DNA of 46,788 nt from Spirulina sp. (GTDB lineage: Bacteria; Cyanobacteriota; Cyanobacteriia; Phormidesmidales; Phormidesmidaceae): assembly GCA_044070495.1 (NCBI GenBank), contig JBIPSI010000038.1:1-46788 (forward strand). Direction: 5' to 3'. The notes beneath the pieces were generated by a model. The model made no database searches and had not been told where the DNA came from. It saw only the letters and a program-made list of their open reading frames with translations. A program made the position numbers and the translations under genes. Every line of letters begins with the position of its first letter. Position 1 is the stretch's first letter. Positions 40,570 through 46,788 of this stretch are shown one piece after another.

Positions 40570-40850
40570 TAGCGGTTCTCGGTTTAATGAGGTACAAGTT
40601 TTAGGGCTTCGGATCCCCCTAATTCTATCGGTAGTAGATTTACCTGCCCCCTTTTGCCTAAGGGATAGCTTAAAAAGGGGGGAACCGGATTCAAAGTCCC
40701 CCTTTTTATAGACGCTTGCGGCTTTCCGCAGGGTAGGGGGATTTAGGGGGATCTCCAAGGACTTGCGGCATGAAAGCAAGATTTGTGTACTTAGTAGCCC
40801 TTCTGGGTGAGGGCCAAATCAGGGCAGTAGAGCAAGTTTGTGATCTACTG
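40570..40850 (-). mobile_element. Composite repeat stack: degenerate MITE A with micro-insertions, cassette B fragment and an ISH3-like end
   Basis: Family A core 40612-40755, end TGTGTACTTAGTAG at 40784-40797, GGGTGAGGGC at 40805-40814, TTTGTGATCTACTG at 40837-40850. Confidence 0.75.
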
Positions 40851-40881
40851 AGGCTGAGCAGCCGCCCAAAGGCCTGGCCAT

Positions 40882-41364
40882 TTAACCTTGAAACCACCCA
40901 GCTAAGGCTAGGGCCAGGGCGTCGGCGGCATCGTCGGGACGCGGAATTTTGTCGAGGCTGAGCTCGCGGGCTACGGCCTCTTGCACTTCGGCCTTGTCGG
41001 CATTGCCGTAGCCGGTCAGGGCTTGCTTGACCTGGGCGGGGGTAAATTCCGTTAGCGGCAACTGGTGTTGGGCCAGCACCAGCATCACCACACCTCGCGC
41101 CTGGGCCACCAAAATGGTATTGCCCATGCGGTAAAAGAAGAATTTTTCGATGACGACTGAATCGGGCTGGAATTGATCGATCAGGCTATGGAGGTCGTCG
41201 TAAATTGTGCAAAGACGCTCCCCGACCGGGGTTTTGGCCGGGGTGGAAATGACGCCAAAATCAATCACCGTAACGCCCGACTCGGCCTCCTGGGTAGGGG
41301 TATCTATCACCCCAAAGCCCAAGGTGGCCAAGCCAGGATCAATGCCCAGAATGCGGGTCGTCAC
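40882..41364 (-). CDS. ruvC: Holliday junction resolvase
   Basis: [40 protein letters not shown]. Confidence 0.96.
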   Translation of the reverse strand: MTTRILGIDPGLATLGFGVIDTPTQEAESGVTVIDFGVISTPAKTPVGERLCTIYDDLHSLIDQFQPDSVVIEKFFFYRMGNTILVAQARGVVMLVLAQHQLPLTEFTPAQVKQALTGYGNADKAEVQEAVARELSLDKIPRPDDAADALALALAGWFQG

Positions 41365-41374
41365 CGGGTCTAGA

Positions 41375-42478
41375 CTATCTCACCCCAGCGGGTTGGCGAC
41401 CGTTGGCCATGGCTTCGTCGGGATCGGCGAGGCCAAACACCTTACAGAACACCTTTTCCACCTTAAAGCCAGAGTCGATACTCTCCAGGGGATCCTTGCG
41501 TAGGCGGTGGCGCAGGCAGAGGACGATCACCCGCCGGATATCGTCTTGGGTGACTTCGGTGCGGCCTTCGTAGGCGGCGATGGCCTTGGCGGCGCGGTTG
41601 GTGACAATGTCTCCCCGCAGACCGTCCACGTCTAGCTCGGCGCAGACCTCAGAAATGCGCACCCGGTCTTCGTACTCTAGGGTGACGGAGGGCAGGCGCT
41701 TTTGGGCTTCCACGAGGCGGGCCTGAAGCTCGGTTTGCTTAGCCTCGTGCTGGGCCAGGTAGCCAGCGGGGTCTTGGTCAAAGGCGGAACGCTGTTCCAC
41801 GATTTCCACCCGCAGTTCGGGGTTGCGCACGGTGCGAATTTCGGCGTGCATGCCAAAGCGGTCGAGCAGTTGGGGACGCAGTTCCCCTTCTTCGGGGTTA
41901 CCGGAACCCACCAGCACAAACTGGGCCGGGTGGCGAATGGAGATGCCTTCGCGCTCCACGGTGTTCCAACCGGAGGCGGCGGAGTCGAGCAGGACATCCA
42001 CCAGGTGATCGTCCAACAGGTTAACTTCATCCACGTAGAGGATGCCCCGGTTGGCCTTGGCCAGCAGACCCGGTTCAAAGGCTTTCACCCCTTCGGAGAG
42101 GGCTTTTTCGATGTCGATGGTGCCGCAGACCCGGTCTTCGGTGGCCCCTAGGGGCAGGTCTACCATGGGCACCTTTTTGGCGGCGATAGGCAGATCCGTG
42201 GTGCCCCGCTCGGCAATCACATCGGGATCCTGCGGCGACCGACTGAAGGGATCGTCGGCTACCACTTCGATTTCGGGCAGCAGGTCGGCCAGGGCGCGAA
42301 TGGTGGTGGATTTGCCCGTACCTCGGTCGCCCATGATCATCACCCCGCCAATTTTGGGGTCAATGACGTTGAGCAGCAGGGCCAGCTTCATGTCGTCTTG
42401 GCCAATGACGGCGGTGAAGGGAAAAACCGCCCGCCGAGGCGCAGGGGAGGATTGGGATGGGGCAGCAGTAGAACTCAC
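41375..42478 (-). CDS. chlI: Magnesium chelatase ATPase subunit I
   Basis: [59 protein letters not shown]. Confidence 0.97.
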   Translation of the reverse strand: MSSTAAPSQSSPAPRRAVFPFTAVIGQDDMKLALLLNVIDPKIGGVMIMGDRGTGKSTTIRALADLLPEIEVVADDPFSRSPQDPDVIAERGTTDLPIAAKKVPMVDLPLGATEDRVCGTIDIEKALSEGVKAFEPGLLAKANRGILYVDEVNLLDDHLVDVLLDSAASGWNTVEREGISIRHPAQFVLVGSGNPEEGELRPQLLDRFGMHAEIRTVRNPELRVEIVEQRSAFDQDPAGYLAQHEAKQTELQARLVEAQKRLPSVTLEYEDRVRISEVCAELDVDGLRGDIVTNRAAKAIAAYEGRTEVTQDDIRRVIVLCLRHRLRKDPLESIDSGFKVEKVFCKVFGLADPDEAMANGRQPAGVR

Positions 42479-42581
42479 TGGCGTTTCTAAGGATTACGGC
42501 ACAACAAAAGTAGACTATCGTTCATTGTGCCATAGCGGAGTAGTGCATTCGCGCAGCAATGCACCCACGGGACGGTTGGAG

Positions 42582-42747
42582 CTACTGTGTACACATCAGT
42601 CCTTAACGTAGACGATACAGGGGATCGATCCCCCCTAGCCCCCCTTGAAAAGGGGGGGAATCAGATTCAAAGTCCCCCTTTTCAAGGGGGATTTAGGGGG
42701 ATCTCCAAGGACTTGCAGCCTGAAAGCAAGATGTGTGTACTTAGTAG
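42582..42747 (-). mobile_element. Complete MITE family A, 166 bp
   Basis: Near-identical reverse complement of 45290-45454; flanks GGACGGTTGGAG / GGACGGTTGAG form an imperfect target duplication. Confidence 0.9.
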
Positions 42748-42766
42748 GGACGGTTGAGTGAAGGGA

Positions 42767-44317
42767 TTATCCACGAATCACAGTGATTTGCCGACCGCTG
42801 GGGGTTTGGGCCTGCTCAGTGGTGGTGCGTTCGGCGATGGGGGGCAGATCCGGGCGTTGGTCGAAGATGACCAGCCAGCCGCTATCGAGGCCCAGTCCGG
42901 CGAGGTAGCGGTCGATTTGTTCTAACCCTGCTTGGATGGGGTCGGGGCGTCCCGGTCGCCACACTTTAAGTTCAATGCCCAGGGTGACATCGCCGTAGCG
43001 CAGGCAGAGATCCATGCGGTCGGAGCCGATGGCGTATTCCCGTTCGAGGGTGCCGCCGCCGTTGATGACGCGATGCAAAAAGGCCATCATCACCAGGTGG
43101 GGGGCAATTTCGTGGTAGGGCGCACTTTTGAGCAAGGGCTGCCCATGCTGCCGCCAAAAGCTGAGGAAGGACGTGAGCAGTTTGTCCGGGTCTAGGGTTC
43201 CGGCTGGGGTGAGCCAACGGGGGCTGAACGACGGCAGGCTATCCTGGGGGCCGCTGGCCAATACCCTGGGCAGAACTTCTCGATAGATGGGGTTGGCAGG
43301 GGCGAGTCCTCCAGAGGAGGAGCGGACGACCAGCCCTAAATCCACTAAAAATTGGCGATCATCGCTGGAAACATCACCCAAGGCTTGCCCTGCCAATAGG
43401 GGTTCGATCACAGCCCGCACCCGGTCTTCGCGCAGGATGCTGGCCAGACTATCGAGGTGGGTGTCTTGCCGCTGAATCAGAATTTCCTTGGCGGTGTTGA
43501 CATGGGTGGGGGTGATGGTCTCTGCGGGGTCGGGGACGATCACTTCCACCAATTGGCGGGCCAAGGCATTCACCAACCAGGGTTGCCCTTGGGTAAGGTG
43601 AAACACCCGCTCCACCGCCTCCGGGGAAAAGACCTGCCCGGTTGCGGCGGTGTGCTGCTGATAGAGTGCCGCCACATCCGCCGGGGAAAAATTGCCGAGG
43701 GTAAGGGACTCTATCTTGATGTTGAAGGGGCTGGAGGTATTCAGGCGGGTGCTGCCGCCGGAGGCCACTTTGTAATCCCGCACATCCCGCACACCGATCA
43801 GAGCCAGGGATTGGGGAAACCCCTTGGGACGGTCAGGATAGCCGGAACGCAGTTGACGCAGAAAGGAAATTAAGACCTCATCCTTCAAGACATCAATTTC
43901 ATCAATTAAAATCACCAGCGGCCTGGGGGACATTCTGGCCCAAGTGTGGAGAGCCGCCTGAATTTGCTGTCCGGGGGCGGTTGCTGGCCAGGGGGGCGGT
44001 TGCAAGTCGTGGGGGAGACGGTTCTCGGCCTGATTGCGCCAGGATTGCAACATGGCCCGCTCTGTTTCGGCAATGTCGTTAGGAAATGCAGCCCCCACTT
44101 CGGCGGAGACCATAATGGCGGTGTATTGGCCGCTCTCCGTGAGCTGTTGGGCCAGGGCAAGCATGGCCGTAGTTTTGCCCGTTTGCCGGGGGGCGTGGAT
44201 GACAAAGTAGCCCTGCTGCGCCACCAATCGCTCTAGGTTAGGCAGGCGACCTAGGGGCGGCAACATGTAGTGAAGGTCAGGCTTACAGGGGCCAGCGGTG
44301 TTAAACCATTTGGGCAT
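42767..44317 (-). CDS. AAA-type ATPase with C-terminal PD-(D/E)XK nuclease-like domain, 516 aa
   Basis: FNTAGPC start, APRQTGKTT Walker A, ILIDEID Walker B, TQGQPWLVN, EREY...RMDL...IELK; start ATG 44317. Confidence 0.88.
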   Translation of the reverse strand: MPKWFNTAGPCKPDLHYMLPPLGRLPNLERLVAQQGYFVIHAPRQTGKTTAMLALAQQLTESGQYTAIMVSAEVGAAFPNDIAETERAMLQSWRNQAENRLPHDLQPPPWPATAPGQQIQAALHTWARMSPRPLVILIDEIDVLKDEVLISFLRQLRSGYPDRPKGFPQSLALIGVRDVRDYKVASGGSTRLNTSSPFNIKIESLTLGNFSPADVAALYQQHTAATGQVFSPEAVERVFHLTQGQPWLVNALARQLVEVIVPDPAETITPTHVNTAKEILIQRQDTHLDSLASILREDRVRAVIEPLLAGQALGDVSSDDRQFLVDLGLVVRSSSGGLAPANPIYREVLPRVLASGPQDSLPSFSPRWLTPAGTLDPDKLLTSFLSFWRQHGQPLLKSAPYHEIAPHLVMMAFLHRVINGGGTLEREYAIGSDRMDLCLRYGDVTLGIELKVWRPGRPDPIQAGLEQIDRYLAGLGLDSGWLVIFDQRPDLPPIAERTTTEQAQTPSGRQITVIRG

Positions 44318-44423
44318 GGAGGCTCTAATGCGGCTATCCCCTGAAGTATACCAACCTGGCCATGACCCCCATGACATAATGGAATCACCAAATGGAATCA
44401 CCGAAATCTTGAGGGACTGTGCC

Positions 44424-45218
44424 ATGCAACCTCCTTTGACAGAGCCTGGGGTTGACCCAGAACTGCGGTTGCCTACCTCAGAAGAACTCCCCTGCTCTGA
44501 CGACACCCCTGTGGATAACGAATACCAAAACACGATCCCCAACGGGTTATTAGCCGTACTGGAGCAGATTTGGGGACATCGCCAGGACTGGTTTTTTGGG
44601 GTAGACATGGGCGTTTATGATCGCGAAGCCCAGCGAAACCGTTCTCCTGCTATCATCCCCGACGGATTTCTGAGTGTGGGGGTTCAACGTCACAAACGGG
44701 CAGGCAAAGGGCGTTTGAGCTATGTGCTCCAGGAAGAAAATGGGGTCGTTCCCCTGTTGGCCTTGGAATTTGTGTCCAAAACCTATGGCCAGGAATATGA
44801 CCAGAAGATGACGATCTATGCCCATTTGGGGGTGAAATACTACGTCATTTACAACCCCGAATACAGCCGCAGAAACCGACACCAGCCCTTTGAGGTGTAT
44901 CAACTCGTCAACGGCACCTACCAACTTCAGGGTGGAGAACCGTTCTGGATACCTGAAATCGAATTAGGGATTGGCCGTGTTCAGGGAGAATTGGGCGGCA
45001 TCTTTCAGGAATGGTTGACCTGGCATGATGCCGCAGGCAGACCCTATCCCCTGCCCCAGGAATTGATTCAAAACCTGAAATCTGAGTTAACTCAGGCACG
45101 CCAGCGGGCGGAACAAGAACGCCAGCGGGCGGAACAAATGGAACAGATCCTTGAGCAGGAACGGGTTGAAAAACTACGACTAATGGAACGGCTACGACAG
45201 TTAGAGGGGGAAGGATAA
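44424..45218 (+). CDS. Uma2/DUF820 family protein with C-terminal coiled coil
   Basis: LPTSEELPCSDDTPVDNE, IPDGFLS, LEFVSKT, LGVKYYVIYNP, RAEQERQRAEQ; start ATG 44424. Confidence 0.92.
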   Translation: MQPPLTEPGVDPELRLPTSEELPCSDDTPVDNEYQNTIPNGLLAVLEQIWGHRQDWFFGVDMGVYDREAQRNRSPAIIPDGFLSVGVQRHKRAGKGRLSYVLQEENGVVPLLALEFVSKTYGQEYDQKMTIYAHLGVKYYVIYNPEYSRRNRHQPFEVYQLVNGTYQLQGGEPFWIPEIELGIGRVQGELGGIFQEWLTWHDAAGRPYPLPQELIQNLKSELTQARQRAEQERQRAEQMEQILEQERVEKLRLMERLRQLEGEG

Positions 45219-45256
45219 GCGTAATCCAACCAATAGAGCATCCACGTCCAAGCTTC

Positions 45257-45520
45257 GCCCTCATCCCCCAACCCCTTCTCCCTAGGGAGCTACTAAGTAC
45301 ACACATCTTGCTTTCATACCGCAAGTCCTTGGAGATCCCCCTAAATCCCCCTTAAAAAGGGGGACTTTGACTCCGGTTCCCCCCTTTTTAAGGGGGGCTA
45401 GGGGGGATCGATTCCCTGTATCGTCTACGTTAAGGACTTATGTGTACTTAGTAGCCCTAGGGAGAAGGGGAGCCGGATTCAGAACCCCTCTCCCTCAGGG
45501 AGAGGGACAGGGGTGAGGGC
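45257..45520 (-). repeat. Complete hairpin cassette B interrupted by MITE A
   Basis: Removing 45290-45454 and one CCCTAGGGAG restores the hairpin CCCCTTCTCCC-TA-GGGAGAAGGGG, followed by CCCTCTCCC-TCA-GGGAGAGGG. Confidence 0.85.
45290..45454 (+). mobile_element. Complete MITE family A, 165 bp, with 10-bp target-site duplication
   Basis: Perfect 14-bp TIR CTACTAAGTACACA / TGTGTACTTAGTAG; CCCTAGGGAG at 45280-45289 and 45455-45464. Confidence 0.93.
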
Positions 45521-45596
45521 GGATGACTAAGGCAAATGGATAGTTATTTCCGTGGAGTACTCTAAGTAATTGGGGAGCTATGCTTTCTCCTCAACG

Positions 45597-46654
45597 TTAC
45601 CGCTGGAACCGCTGGCAGAGGGTGCGATCTGCCTCGGCAATGTCGGCATTGGTTTGTAAGTAATCCTGCGCCCAGCGGCAGGCGTATTCTAAGGGATCCA
45701 GGGCGGCAATTTTTTCCAGATCCCAGGCAATCAACTGCCCATCCCCCGCTCCTGAAAACAGGTATCGACCGTCTGCACCATAGGCTAGGCCGCTGATAAA
45801 GCTTTCGTGACCAGCCAGGGTATTTTGCAGGGTGCCATCCAGGTTCCACAGCTTCACCGCCGCATCCAGCCCTCCCGTGGCAATGGTCTGTCCGTCCGGG
45901 CTAAAGGCGACTCGCGTTAGCCCCCGATCCCCGCCCTCGGTCTCGAATAGTAGGGTGCCATCGATCTGCCAAAGGCGCAGCTTGCCGTCATAACTCGCCG
46001 CTGCCACCCGTTGTCCATCGGGGCTGAAGGCAGCACCCCAGTTTGCCGCTGTGCCGCGATCCTTGAGGGTGATCACTTTAGTGCCGTCTAGCCGCCAGAG
46101 TTCAACCGCGCCATTAGCGGCGGCTAAAACAAACAAAGGAGACACTGGCGGCTGAGAGGAATTCGTAATCGGCTGAAAGCCCATTTGCCAAATCCGATCA
46201 TTCCCGGTTTCTATCCGATCCAGTAGTTCTCCCTGGGGGTTCCAAATACTGATTTTTCCCTCATCGGTTCCAGACACAATGGCTCGCCCATCGGGGCTAA
46301 CCGCCACGCTCATAATGTCTCCTCGGGTGGGGATAGATCGCTCCCAAACTTGAGTCCAGCGGGGCTGCGTCCCCTCCTCCAGGCGAAGCAGGCGGATGTT
46401 GCCCCGGCCTCCCCCGACTAAAAGGGGCTGATCGGGGAAAAAAGCCATAGAGAATAGATTTCCCTGGGGGGTATCCCGCAGATTGACCTGACGGTCGAGG
46501 TTTTCCCACAGGATCATTTGATTGACAAACCCAGCGGCGGCCACCATTCTCGGCTGATCCGCACTGGTGGCAATGCTCCAAATCGTATCGTCAAGGCCGT
46601 GGAGGACGCGCAAAAAGTCGGCATTGCGTCGCCATACTTTCACCATGCCATCCT
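45597..46654 (-). pseudogene. 3' part of a WD40-repeat protein gene interrupted by an IS
   Basis: Several WD40 units (VAFSPDGQTIATGGLDAAVKLW, GHESFISGLAY) and ACRWAQDYLQTN tail; frame begins mid-repeat (DGMVKVW) at the IS end. Confidence 0.82.
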
Positions 46655-46788
46655 CAGTAGATCACAAACTCATGTGGATATCGGTAGATAGACAGCCTGG
46701 GCGAGGGGGAAATGTCGTTCAATGACTTGGCGGATGAAGGAGAGCATGGTTTTGAGTGGGAAACGCTCTCGAAAGACCCGTCTGCCGC
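46655..46788 (-). mobile_element. End of an ISH3-like insertion sequence including the transposase C-terminus
   Basis: TIR CAGTAGATCACAAA at 46655-46668; minus-strand frame GRRVFRERFPLKTMLSFIRQVIERHFPLAQAVYLPIST stops at 46670, just inside the TIR; family call from recall of ISH3 ends. Confidence 0.68.

Noticed and set aside
40570..40596. A third transposon-end type (TAGCGGTTCTC...GAGGTACA, reminiscent of IS630-type ends) on cassette A
   Set aside because: Single occurrence with no partner end in the window, so the family cannot be supported
44318..44608. 97-aa N-terminal extension of the AAA ATPase
   Set aside because: It is antisense to the Uma2 gene; the family-like sequence begins at ATG 44317
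42582..45454. Composite transposon formed by two inverted MITE A copies around the AAA and Uma2 genes
   Set aside because: Each copy has its own flanking duplication and the outer flanks do not match, indicating independent insertions

Overview
GC-rich chromosomal window from a cyanobacterium, probably a filamentous Leptolyngbya/Nodosilinea-like strain (inferred from gene content and repeat types). Housekeeping content: nirA-narB under a class II NtcA promoter with an NtcB box, divergent nirB, orphan ureG, a three-gene VWA/solute-binding lipoprotein module, a REC-wHTH-Hpt / Cache-HAMP-6xPAS kinase / CheY-like signalling cluster, an OFA-type MFS transporter, gmd, mscS, a divergent mtnA, a CHASE kinase, a short infC with a probable ATC start, a xanthine-type NCS2 permease, mfd, a BrnTA/HicBA islet with an IS5 element, chlI-ruvC, an AAA-nuclease, two Uma2 proteins, and a WD40 gene cut by an ISH3-like IS at the right edge. 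The most striking unannotated signal is a layered set of small mobile DNAs. A conserved double-hairpin G/C cassette occurs in two variants, packaged between Tn5/IS50-like 19-bp ends (5 copies, one with a perfect 10-bp target duplication) or ISH3-like ends. One variant repeatedly inserts into the other, and both carry 20-26 nt hairpin micro-insertions. GTAG-type REPs and a collapsed RAYT gene are also present, and some of these elements lie inside coding sequence. Other leads: an Rpn gene that lost its nuclease but kept a putative internal antitoxin, non-triplet repeats inside mfd, and apparent absence of HIP1 with frequent CCTAGG. All calls are by eye; no searches were run.
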